From: a virus
Reading direction: 5' to 3' (one strand)
Length of the DNA stretch: 64,000 bases
IMG/VR virus record: IMGVR_UViG_3300012925_000001
The position numbers and the translations under genes are program-made. This document shows positions 42,050 through 50,702 of the stretch, piece after piece. The notes under the pieces were generated by a model. That model was given only the letters and a program-made list of their open reading frames with translations, made no database searches and was not told where the DNA came from. Each line of letters begins with the position of its first letter. Position 1 is the stretch's first letter.

Positions 42050-42176
42050 CACTGGCGGTCCGCCGCCCCGGCCGCCTCATAGCGGCAACGTAGTTGAGCA
42101 GGAACCTGAAGGTCTGATCGAGGACGAGGTTGTAGTCGTCGACGAGGCTGAAGAGGATAAGGAAGACGACGAGTAA
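42018..42176 (+). CDS. possible 52-aa highly acidic ORF (below ORF-track cutoff)
   Basis: AAGGAG 8 nt before ATG 42018; hand-translated MMEQAVQRMDDTGGPPPRPP...EAEEDKEDDE. Confidence 0.4.
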   Translation: MMEQAVQRMDDTGGPPPRPPHSGNVVEQEPEGLIEDEVVVVDEAEEDKEDDE

Positions 42177-42189
42177 CTAGGGAGCTGGG

Positions 42190-42212
42190 TCAGCGAGGAA
42201 CGATCCTCCTGA
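42190..42212. terminator. stem-loop between convergent genes
   Basis: TCAGcGAGGA 42190-42199 / TCCTCCTGA 42204-42212, loop ACGA. Confidence 0.45.
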
Positions 42213-42218
42213 TCCAGC

Positions 42219-42560
42219 CTACCCGAGATGCACTCCCTTACCCAGCATCAGAATAATGCCCCAGATCGTGGTTATGATCAGGCACAGCAACAGCCACACG
42301 ATCTTCTTACCCCATCCGTTGATTCCTGCTATATCATCCTTCATTTCCTTGATCTCCCTGTCATGATTCAACAGGCGGTCAACGACGGAACGATTTTGAG
42401 AGTCGAAGCCTCGGATAAGATTCTTGTCGTGAATCTCTACCATGTCCTCTAGGTCTTTCACACGCCCTCCAAGGTCTCCCAGGAGCCGCATGGTCTCAGC
42501 AAATGATGTCGGCGGTGACATAGACTGTTCTCCCAAACCTATAGGTGTATCCTCCGGCAT
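42219..42560 (-). CDS. tail-anchored coiled-coil membrane protein
   Basis: C-terminal TM IVWLLLCLIITTIWGIILML; alternative start ATG 42521 has GGGAGA SD. Confidence 0.6.
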   Translation of the reverse strand: MPEDTPIGLGEQSMSPPTSFAETMRLLGDLGGRVKDLEDMVEIHDKNLIRGFDSQNRSVVDRLLNHDREIKEMKDDIAGINGWGKKIVWLLLCLIITTIWGIILMLGKGVHLG

Positions 42561-42711
42561 TGCAGCCTGCCATATTACTTAGCCAAGGAGGGTTGATCCA
42601 GGTGAAGCCGAAGTACAAAGCAAAGCAAGCGCAACAGGCAAAGTTTACCAACAGCAGTCGGCTTTAGCCTATAGAGTTTGATGGGAAAATGTAACTTTGG
42701 TCACCTAAATG

Positions 42712-44094
42712 TTAGGTGCCACATAGCTCCACGTAAATTATGGCTGTGGTCGTAAGCGGGACAAGCGAGGAAGCTCCGAGGAGGAGAATGCCAGTGCCGG
42801 ACACGACTTTGCCGGATATCGTGCTGCCGGATAGCGGGTTCACGATAGCGACGTACTGGTCTGTAGCGTTGGTTGTGGCGGGCGAGATCGGCATTACGTG
42901 GATCGAGCGGACTGTGGTGATCCCAGCCGCGCCGAAACTCATCGTCCAAGTACCGGTAGAGGTCGTCGTAAAAGCTCCCGACTGGAAGCATTTCATGTTG
43001 GCTATCGCGCCGGCTGAGTTGTAGTAAAGGACTCCAGCCGGGCCAGTTACGCCTGCCGGACCAATAGCGCCAACCGGGCCGACTGCACCTACAGCGCCTT
43101 GAATGCCTTGAGGGCCAACTGCGCCAGCCGGGCCGGTTAGGCCTTGAGTTCCTGTAGCTCCTACGGGACCGATGCTACCGGTGGCTCCTGTGGGTCCGGC
43201 TGGGCCAACACCACCGGTAGCCCCGTTTGCACCCGTAGCTCCCACAGCCCCGGTATTGCCATTTGGTCCGGTGTTCCCGGTAGGACCTTGGGGGCCAGCC
43301 GCGCCTGTGGGTCCTGCGCTGCCAGTGAGGCCAGTTGGTCCTGTAGCGCCTGTAGGTCCACTGGGTCCAGTACTACCAACACTGCCCTGTGGACCTGTAG
43401 GCCCTGTACTCCCCGTGAGGCCGATGGGCCCGACAGCACCTGTAGCTCCAGTTGAACCGTTAGGACCTGTGGCACCTTGCACCCCCTGAGGGCCGACGGA
43501 GCCTGTTGCTCCGGTTGGCCCAGCCGGACCAGTAGGCCCAGCTGACGTAAGTTGATTCGCTTGAATGAATGATATCCAGGCGGCCGAGTCAGCGCAACCG
43601 GGCGTGATCAGATGGCCGACATAGCCGGGGGTGAGAATGTTGGTCAATCCATTCGTAGGCGAGTTGACACTAATGATCCGGCCAGAGGTAGGAGTTGTGC
43701 AAGGGATGTCTAAGAGTGAAGTAAAGCCGGATGAGTGAAGGGTACCGGGCGTAGTTGTGCTGGCTATAGCAATCTCGTTTAGTACTGGTGTGTTGTCGAA
43801 CAACGTCGGAGCCGAGCCGTAGATCGCCATGTAAACGAAGTCACCGGGGTTGCCTCCCTGGAGGATTATGCCACTAATCGATCCAGTCCCAGGATACGGA
43901 ATAACACAGAAGATCGGAGCACAGGGAACGTTCTGAACGACTTCGCCGGCGATTAGAGCGGTACTGCCGCTAGCAATGCGAACCGCAGTCAGGGATTGCT
44001 GGGTTGAGGCTGGAACTGTAAAACCGAGAGCAAGGCAAAGAAGTGAAGCAAGATAGAGCTTAGAATAGACCGTCACAGTGATACCCCACGACAA
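42712..44094 (-). CDS. collagen-like tail fibre protein with signal-peptide-like N-terminus
   Basis: 56 uninterrupted G-X-Y triplets (aa 186-353); N-terminus [21 protein letters not shown]|TQQ. Confidence 0.85.
   Translation of the reverse strand: MSWGITVTVYSKLYLASLLCLALGFTVPASTQQSLTAVRIASGSTALIAGEVVQNVPCAPIFCVIPYPGTGSISGIILQGGNPGDFVYMAIYGSAPTLFDNTPVLNEIAIASTTTPGTLHSSGFTSLLDIPCTTPTSGRIISVNSPTNGLTNILTPGYVGHLITPGCADSAAWISFIQANQLTSAGPTGPAGPTGATGSVGPQGVQGATGPNGSTGATGAVGPIGLTGSTGPTGPQGSVGSTGPSGPTGATGPTGLTGSAGPTGAAGPQGPTGNTGPNGNTGAVGATGANGATGGVGPAGPTGATGSIGPVGATGTQGLTGPAGAVGPQGIQGAVGAVGPVGAIGPAGVTGPAGVLYYNSAGAIANMKCFQSGAFTTTSTGTWTMSFGAAGITTVRSIHVMPISPATTNATDQYVAIVNPLSGSTISGKVVSGTGILLLGASSLVPLTTTAIIYVELCGT
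43036..43539 (-). repeat. collagen-like (G-X-Y)56 coding repeat
   Basis: Hand-counted 56 consecutive Gly-X-Y triplets; causes spurious ORFs in other frames and on the opposite strand. Confidence 0.9.
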
Positions 44095-44935
44095 CAGCAG
44101 AGCCGGTTATGGCTGTGCCCACTTCAGCCTGGATTGTTGTTGCTGTGACTATGGGAACGATGAGGCCGACGTTCCCTACAGTGGTTGCTGAGAGGGTTTG
44201 CGTGGAGACAAAGCAGACACGCGTGTGCGCGCCGCCGAGGAAGGTGTAGGTAGGTGAATCGGTCTGGCCGGTGGCTATAGTGAGCTGGCCGGCTACGTCG
44301 GAGTTGGAGGGAGTTCCAGTGCGCAGAATCGGAGCTATGTTCTGGGTGGCGGTTTCGGCTGCGAAGGTGGCATTGACTGGTGTAGTCGCACCGATGATGG
44401 TGTTGTTGATAGATCCGCCAGTGATCGTGGCAGCGGGCGTGGTTAGCGAGGTTGTCGAGATTGAGGTCATGCCGGTTATGCTGCCGCCGGTGAATGCTGG
44501 GACTGCAGTAAAAGCTGGAACTGCAGTACCGGCTGTGTTGTTCATGAAGACGGAGCGTGCGGCCTGAGGTGTTAGCGTAAACGAGGTGAACGGAGTTGAA
44601 GTAGGGTTTGAGGTGGCAGTAGTGAACAGCGGCGGCAGGTTGCCTGCGGTCACGTTGGTCACTGTGCCTGGGTTGCCGCCTTGGGCTGTGCCGTCCCATG
44701 GGACCCATCTAGCCAGAGTGTTGTTGTAGAAGAAAAGAGCTGTTGGGGTTGGGGTGTAGGTGACCGCACCGACTGTGGCTGTGCCGAGCAGTGGAGTCCA
44801 ACCGGAGCCTGTATTGACATAAGCCGCTGCGCTAGAAGGCGTAACCTGAGCAGCACATCGCCCTACGAACATAAGCATCGATATCGGACAGAGAAGAGAG
44901 CAAAAGTGAAGCAAGTAGTGCGTTGGCTTGAACAT
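44060..44935 (-). CDS. tail fibre/adaptor-like protein (shares N-domain with the 1199-aa spike)
   Basis: [16 protein letters not shown]...WVPWDG...[17 protein letters not shown] parallels 45541..49140; hydrophobic N-terminus ...[10 protein letters not shown]|QV. Confidence 0.75.
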   Translation of the reverse strand: MFKPTHYLLHFCSLLCPISMLMFVGRCAAQVTPSSAAAYVNTGSGWTPLLGTATVGAVTYTPTPTALFFYNNTLARWVPWDGTAQGGNPGTVTNVTAGNLPPLFTTATSNPTSTPFTSFTLTPQAARSVFMNNTAGTAVPAFTAVPAFTGGSITGMTSISTTSLTTPAATITGGSINNTIIGATTPVNATFAAETATQNIAPILRTGTPSNSDVAGQLTIATGQTDSPTYTFLGGAHTRVCFVSTQTLSATTVGNVGLIVPIVTATTIQAEVGTAITGSAVVVGYHCDGLF

Positions 44936-44953
44936 GGCCGTTTACCCCTGGAA

Positions 44954-44978
44954 GGGTACCTGCGACATACAGGTACCC
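44954..44978. other. perfect 9-bp stem hairpin
   Basis: GGGTACCTG 44954-44962, loop CGACATA, CAGGTACCC 44970-44978; in the 151-nt gap between two late genes. Confidence 0.8.
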
Positions 44979-45086
44979 AACTAGGTTATCCGGTCTAAAT
45001 ATCGCACGTAATTTGGAACGTGGCACCAGAAACTACTGGAGCTACATCGGTGCGTGTTGAAAAGTTGAGCGCGGCGGTTGCGTTCA

Positions 45087-45530
45087 TTAGGGGTTTAGAT
45101 CAATTTCCCATAAGGACTCTATTACGCCTACAAAGACGTATCCCGTTGTAGTAGGACCGCTAGGAACTATCGAGAGGGAAAGTCCATCAACATTGCTATG
45201 TAGATAAAATGTGAAATTGACCGAAGCCAATCCAGCCTCTAAATCAGCATTCTGCGTACCTTGGCTTGCGGGTGTGGCCCTAGAACTTGCCTGTGCTATG
45301 TGCACAGGTCCTCCATCAATACCATCTCCCCGCGTTCCATTATTATCAGTAAATACAGCTAAAAGATCAAAGGTTACGTCAGGTAGCGCTATATCTTGAA
45401 CCGCAATGGAAAGATACCCACTAAGTCGATATAACCCTGCATTGGGAGTTGAGAAGACTATGCTTCCATCTGCAGGGTTCTGAGGTAAACGAATATTAGC
45501 GATAATGACCGGTATTGGTGCTTGAGGCAT
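45087..45530 (-). CDS. hypothetical protein (low-GC gene between fibre genes)
   Basis: 147 aa; my hand counts of three 60-nt lines give about 40-48% GC versus about 55-63% nearby. Confidence 0.65.
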   Translation of the reverse strand: MPQAPIPVIIANIRLPQNPADGSIVFSTPNAGLYRLSGYLSIAVQDIALPDVTFDLLAVFTDNNGTRGDGIDGGPVHIAQASSRATPASQGTQNADLEAGLASVNFTFYLHSNVDGLSLSIVPSGPTTTGYVFVGVIESLWEIDLNP

Positions 45531-45540
45531 TTTAATCTCC

Positions 45541-48500
45541 TTAGTTAGGCGTGCACATTACGTTGTAAATTGCCCCTGCGGTCGCTGCCGACGCAAACGT
45601 AAGCGTTGGTAAATTCGTTGTTGGTACCGTGACGAAAGGTGCATTGGTCGTATTGAGCGTGACCGCAATAGCGTTCGCTGGGAATGCAACGCAAACTCCT
45701 GTCGTTGTCGTTCCTGTAGCCGAGCAGTTCGCTGTCGTTGCTGTTGATGTTGAAGCAACGCAGCGAGTTACTGGGAATACTCCGACTCCACCTTTTTGCA
45801 GCACCGAGGTAAAGTTCAAAGTGCTGAATGTCTGAGTACCCTGGAATGACTGATTAGCATTCAAAGATGCCAATGTGCCAGGGTTCAAGAGTTGCCAGGT
45901 GCCACTACCGGCACTGTTATAAACCACTACAGCTATAGAGTTGATTACTAAGTCGCCTGCAACGACAGCCACATTGCCAAGTTTAGTGATAACCTTTGCT
46001 CCAAGGCTATTTACGTTGAGTGTTGGCGTGCCCGTAGTGTTTGTGGCTACTGGAATGAAGGTAAGAATCTCTCCAGCACTCAAAGCCGTGACAGAGGTGT
46101 TTGCGACGACTGCGGCGTTTACCAAGCCGGTGTCGTTGACTGGGGTGTCTTGTAGTGATGGCATGATCTGGATGCCAGTGAAGGTATTGGCTGCGAGCCC
46201 TGCACCGCCCCCACCTGAACCTGTAGCTGTTATCAAACCGCCAGCGCAGGTTGTGGTCGTTCCGTCGCATTGCAGGATGCCTGCGGTGGTGTTACCGCCC
46301 ACTGGCAGATTAGCTATAGGCAATACTCCCGTGACATCAGCTGAAGCTAAGTTGACTGCTCGCGCCGCACCGTCTTGTGCACCTGCTGTAACATGCTCAA
46401 AACCCGTGCCCGTTGGAACCGTTCCGCCAGTAGCATTGACGCCGACAATACTTGTTCCGTCATAGCCAACCAACTGACCAGTTGTCGGAGGTGTAGCACT
46501 AACTGGTATATTCCAGATCGAGGTTGCGTTGCCTGAACTTCCACTTCCACCGCCAGAGAATCCGAACTGTTCCCAATGAGCGCCGGCTGCGATAGCTGCT
46601 TGGCCGGTAGCTAAGCCTGGTGTAGCTCCCAGTACAGACTTCAGCAAGCACTTAGTAGCATTGGCACACACTAAAGTTGGATTGCCGTCGATGTTCTCGC
46701 CTGAAGCTGCAGTCAACGTTACAGTGTTCGTGCCTGAAGTCTGCACGTTCGAGAAGTACCGATCAGTCCCGATTAGTCCGACCGCGCTCGGCAGCGTTAT
46801 GTTCTGCGTCGTGCTCGTTGGGTTTGTGTTGACGGCCGTGTCACCCACCGGGTTCGTATAGGTCGCTGACGTGACCAAGATCGGGTTAGTGCCATTCGTC
46901 TTAGCATCAGCCCAGTTCAGATAGTTAGCGACATAGGTAGCGATGATCTGCTGTGCTGGAGTTGCTGGATGAACACCATCGGCTTGAAAGCAAGCTGCTC
47001 CCGCACAAACCAAGGTTGGATTGGCAAACGCGCCGTCAGCGCCTAAGCCTGGAAAGCTAGCGATGTCGATCAGGCCATCGGCTCCGGCATAATCTTGCCG
47101 GACTAATGCATTGAACTGATTCTTCAGAGTGTCTAGAGCTACACCACCGTTGCCGTTGCCAGTGCGACTAATCATAGTCATAACAAAAACGCGAGGCTGG
47201 TGTGGACCAGACTTGTAACATTGCACGAGTCTGCGCAGCCGCTGATACGTCACAACCGGCGTTGCCGTAGTTCCTATCCCAAGATCATTTGTTCCACCCC
47301 AAATGACTATAGTAGAACCGCTATTGGGATTCATCGAACCATAGCCCCGCGACTGACATTCTTGAATCATATTTTGTATCTGCCAGCTTGCGGTTCCGAT
47401 GTTGTTCGCGGAGCCAGGCAGCCCTGCTGTCACAGGAATATACGGCGTGTTCGTTGGCGCGTTTACAGTCGAAACCATTCTTGGCCAAGGAGTCGCGGTG
47501 TTGATGGCAACAGTGATCGAGTCGCCCACATATAGAACTTGGTTACCCGCATCAACGTAGTTAGTCGGAGTTTTTATGATGCCGCGGAACTGCGCATAGG
47601 ATTGCGCGGAACCTGCGAGAGTCTGGATTTCAGCCGCAGTCAAAGCACGGTTGAAGACAAAGCTGAAGTAAACCGGATAGGGAAATGCGAAGGCCGCGTT
47701 AGGAAGCGTTGCGTAATGAGGCATGCCTAATGATAGGCTGCCTGTGGCCGGGGTCTGGGCTACAGTGCCAGTGCCTTGCGCAAAATAGCTCGACACTTCA
47801 CTACCGTCTATAAACAGTTGGTCATTGGTCGTGCCGCGCCGCCAGCTGATCAGATGGCAACCGTCAGTAGACTGCGCTCCAATTGTGGGAGCTGCCGTCC
47901 CGTTATAGACAGCTGGCGTTGTATCATATTTGCCTACGCCTACTACGTTAGCCAACACAGTGCTGTTTACTGAGTTCATCATCAAACCGAAAGCCTGGAG
48001 ATTGGTGAACGTAGGAGTTGTAGAGCTTATCAAGCCCCCGACTAGCAATGGAAGCGTAGCGCTAGTGGCAGCCAATGCGTTCAAGCATACGTAATTGGAT
48101 ATGGTAACTGCAGTTGTGTTGAAAGAGTTTGGGTAATCCATACCACCCGCACCCGCAGACGTCATACCACCGAGTACCGTGCCTGTGAGTGTCGGTGTGC
48201 CGAAGTAGGTTCCGTTGTTGCCAAGGCCTGAGTAGTCGATGCCTGTAGTCGCGCCGGAAGCTTCTGTGAGATGATACTCACCGATCAAGCCGTTGGTGTT
48301 AGCGATCGGGCTGATACGACTGGACGAAGCAAACTGCCCAGTAGGGACGGTTCCATTGAACGTTGGAGCTGTTACGTTCCCAACAAAAGTCGCAGCACCT
48401 GTACCGTCATCAAATGTATTCCGTAAGCCTACGAGCTTACCGTTCAGATATCCCTGCAGGTCGCATGTTGCTGCCATACCCCATATAGATAAGCACCAAT

Positions 48501-49140
48501 TATTCGTAGCTGTGCTTGCTGTTTGGTTCCAGTTGATCACCATGGAATTGCCGTTAGAGTTAGTCTGACCGTTTACCCAGGCGAGAGATCCTCCAGCAGG
48601 CAGACCCGCGGCTAGGTGAGAGAAACCGTAAGATAAACCAGTAGCAGTCGTGCCATCAGTAATCGACAACGGTCCAGGAAGACTCGAAGTCGAAGTACCG
48701 AGGATGCCTATTGAAGTTACTACAGGTGAAGATGTGTAACTAGGAGTTCCGACAGTTCCAGTTGGGTTTCCTAGCACGGAGTTAGCTGGAGCGTTGGTTA
48801 GGGTAAACGTGAGCGCGGGAGTCGTAGTAGCCGTCGCGACAGATGTGGTGAATAAAGGCGTGAGATTGCTTGCAGAAAAGCTTAGGACCGTGCCTGATCC
48901 GCCTCCGCCCGATGTCCCCGGCCATGGTACCCATTTGCCCAAGCTCGAATTGAACACATACAACGCGGCCGGTGGCGGATTGAACGCCAGCGCTCCCTGA
49001 GTCGCAGTGCCCAGCAACGGCGTCCAGCCTGAGCCGGAGTTTACATAACTCCCAACCGGCGCGGGAGTCTGCGCTGAAGCTGTAGCAGAAATCATCAGTA
49101 TGGCAAGGGCAAGGGCCAGGAAGCGCATAGTAAGTTTCAT
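45541..49140 (-). CDS. tail spike/fibre with LamG-like and SGNH (GDSL) esterase domains
   Basis: AGGAGA 7 nt before ATG 49140; signal-like MKLTMRFLALALAILMISATASA|QT; LIGEYHLTEASGATTGIDYSGLGNNG (LamG-like); SGNH blocks VGDSIT, WGGTNDLG, ADGVHP. Confidence 0.85.
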   Translation of the reverse strand: MKLTMRFLALALAILMISATASAQTPAPVGSYVNSGSGWTPLLGTATQGALAFNPPPAALYVFNSSLGKWVPWPGTSGGGGSGTVLSFSASNLTPLFTTSVATATTTPALTFTLTNAPANSVLGNPTGTVGTPSYTSSPVVTSIGILGTSTSSLPGPLSITDGTTATGLSYGFSHLAAGLPAGGSLAWVNGQTNSNGNSMVINWNQTASTATNNWCLSIWGMAATCDLQGYLNGKLVGLRNTFDDGTGAATFVGNVTAPTFNGTVPTGQFASSSRISPIANTNGLIGEYHLTEASGATTGIDYSGLGNNGTYFGTPTLTGTVLGGMTSAGAGGMDYPNSFNTTAVTISNYVCLNALAATSATLPLLVGGLISSTTPTFTNLQAFGLMMNSVNSTVLANVVGVGKYDTTPAVYNGTAAPTIGAQSTDGCHLISWRRGTTNDQLFIDGSEVSSYFAQGTGTVAQTPATGSLSLGMPHYATLPNAAFAFPYPVYFSFVFNRALTAAEIQTLAGSAQSYAQFRGIIKTPTNYVDAGNQVLYVGDSITVAINTATPWPRMVSTVNAPTNTPYIPVTAGLPGSANNIGTASWQIQNMIQECQSRGYGSMNPNSGSTIVIWGGTNDLGIGTTATPVVTYQRLRRLVQCYKSGPHQPRVFVMTMISRTGNGNGGVALDTLKNQFNALVRQDYAGADGLIDIASFPGLGADGAFANPTLVCAGAACFQADGVHPATPAQQIIATYVANYLNWADAKTNGTNPILVTSATYTNPVGDTAVNTNPTSTTQNITLPSAVGLIGTDRYFSNVQTSGTNTVTLTAASGENIDGNPTLVCANATKCLLKSVLGATPGLATGQAAIAAGAHWEQFGFSGGGSGSSGNATSIWNIPVSATPPTTGQLVGYDGTSIVGVNATGGTVPTGTGFEHVTAGAQDGAARAVNLASADVTGVLPIANLPVGGNTTAGILQCDGTTTTCAGGLITATGSGGGGAGLAANTFTGIQIMPSLQDTPVNDTGLVNAAVVANTSVTALSAGEILTFIPVATNTTGTPTLNVNSLGAKVITKLGNVAVVAGDLVINSIAVVVYNSAGSGTWQLLNPGTLASLNANQSFQGTQTFSTLNFTSVLQKGGVGVFPVTRCVASTSTATTANCSATGTTTTGVCVAFPANAIAVTLNTTNAPFVTVPTTNLPTLTFASAATAGAIYNVMCTPN

Positions 49141-49179
49141 CGTCAGGTCTCCTAAATTTGATTGCAGCAGTGCTGCCAA

Positions 49180-50685
49180 CTACCAGGTGCATAGATATTT
49201 CACAGTCAGAATCGCGCCAGGGGTATTCGCCGAAGCGTTGACTAAGTTGAAAGTCAGCGTCGTGGTCGAGCTGCCTGATACGACTACGTCAATCCCAGCA
49301 TAGTTGTTGGCGTCAGTCCGGCCTGTAGCCATACACAACATGCTGGCAGGCGGAACGTAAATAGGATTTCCAGAACCATTGAACGTTATGGAACCTAAGG
49401 CTCCAACGCCTCCGGCCGAGCTGAACTGAGAGTTCCATGTGCCGGCGTTGGTTCTGCAGGTGCTGCTAAAAGCAGTTGGATTGCAGTTGAGGCCTGATTG
49501 CAGAAGAGTGGTGTTGGTTACTGTGGCTCCAGCTTGCAGAGCAGTGCCGCCGCCGAATAGGCCAGGTGCAGCCACGTTTCCTGTAGGAGCAAACGTAACG
49601 GCGTTCGGCACAGGACTGGAGCCGGCAGAAGCGATGGTCAAAGTTCCCGCATTGCCATAGGTGATAGACAAGCTGTCAGGTGTGCCTGTGGTGTACGTGA
49701 GGCCTACGTTGACTCCTGTTCCGCAGATGCCGTTGAACGTCAAGCAGCCGATTGAGGTGCTGCTCGGGAACGAAGTTATCTTGATGTTGTGTCCTGGACC
49801 AGCAGCGAGCGTGTCTGTCGTAGTCGTGCCTATGACGTTGATGCTATTGTTGAAGAATTGGAACGGCACAAAGGTGTTGGCCACGTCGGTGTAGGCGATT
49901 GAGGTTGGCAGGTTTATACGAGGCACGCGTGTCGTGTTGTCGAGCGGAGCGTAGCCATTGGGCTGGCCTTTCTGGCTGAGTGGCTGAGCAGCATTAGCGA
50001 TCGAGAGAGCTAGGTTGGCCTGGGTCTGTGCTGTAGAGGCTGCCAACAGCGCCGAGTTCACGCCCGTGTCAACGTAGTTCTTGTCTGAGGCTTGTAGGGG
50101 TGAGATAGGATCGCCGGGCAGGACGAGCGCGCCAGTCATTGTGTCGCCCGAACGGTTCACCTTGCCGTTCCAGTTGGTCTGATCTGCTGACGTAGGTAGG
50201 TAGAAACCAGGAGCCGTGGCTACTGAGATAGCGGGAGTCGTTGTTGGGTTCGTTACAGACACCAGGAAGCCATTGGCTTGAATGCCGGAGACGCTGGTAA
50301 CTGTGCCGCCGGCTCCGCCTGAACCTGCGCCGGCTGAGACAGAGTAGGAATAAGTCAAGCCAGTCTGCGGCGTTATTTGTACAAGGTACAAGCCCGAGGC
50401 CAGGAAGAATGAGTAGTTACCGTATTGGTCTGTAGCTTGCGGGTTGAGTATAGGCACGTTGAAGTTCGCATCGGCGTAGAGCTGCACGCCTGAGATCAAG
50501 CAAGGGTTGCCTATGGAGAACACGTTGCAGACACGAATAACTGCGTTTGCTGCCGGCTGACCGCCAGGTGAGACGATCTGTCCTGAGATCGCTGCGGCAT
50601 TTGGTGCCTGCGCGTGCAGAGCTGCGGTCAACGCCAGGCTCGTGATCGTGGCTAGAATTCTACGTACTAGAGTCAGGGCAGTCAT
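49180..50685 (-). CDS. tail fibre protein (carboxypeptidase-regulatory-like N-domain, SGDTMTG fibre motif)
   Basis: MTALTLVRRILATITSLALTAALHA|QA; ISGQIVSPGGQPAANAVIRV...TDQYGNYSFFLASGLYLVQITP; NRSGDTMTGALVLPG...DKNYVD. Confidence 0.8.
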   Translation of the reverse strand: MTALTLVRRILATITSLALTAALHAQAPNAAAISGQIVSPGGQPAANAVIRVCNVFSIGNPCLISGVQLYADANFNVPILNPQATDQYGNYSFFLASGLYLVQITPQTGLTYSYSVSAGAGSGGAGGTVTSVSGIQANGFLVSVTNPTTTPAISVATAPGFYLPTSADQTNWNGKVNRSGDTMTGALVLPGDPISPLQASDKNYVDTGVNSALLAASTAQTQANLALSIANAAQPLSQKGQPNGYAPLDNTTRVPRINLPTSIAYTDVANTFVPFQFFNNSINVIGTTTTDTLAAGPGHNIKITSFPSSTSIGCLTFNGICGTGVNVGLTYTTGTPDSLSITYGNAGTLTIASAGSSPVPNAVTFAPTGNVAAPGLFGGGTALQAGATVTNTTLLQSGLNCNPTAFSSTCRTNAGTWNSQFSSAGGVGALGSITFNGSGNPIYVPPASMLCMATGRTDANNYAGIDVVVSGSSTTTLTFNLVNASANTPGAILTVKYLCTW

Positions 50686-50702
50686 AGCAGATCTCTCGCT
50701 TT

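Noticed and set aside
43144-43489. Three ~100-aa ORFs (43144..43455 +, 43161..43475 -, 43172..43489 +) inside the collagen-like region
   Set aside because: They are frame and strand shadows of the GGN-CCN periodicity of the (G-X-Y)56 repeat. Their products are low-complexity (P/A/V/G or R/S-rich) and they have no SD.
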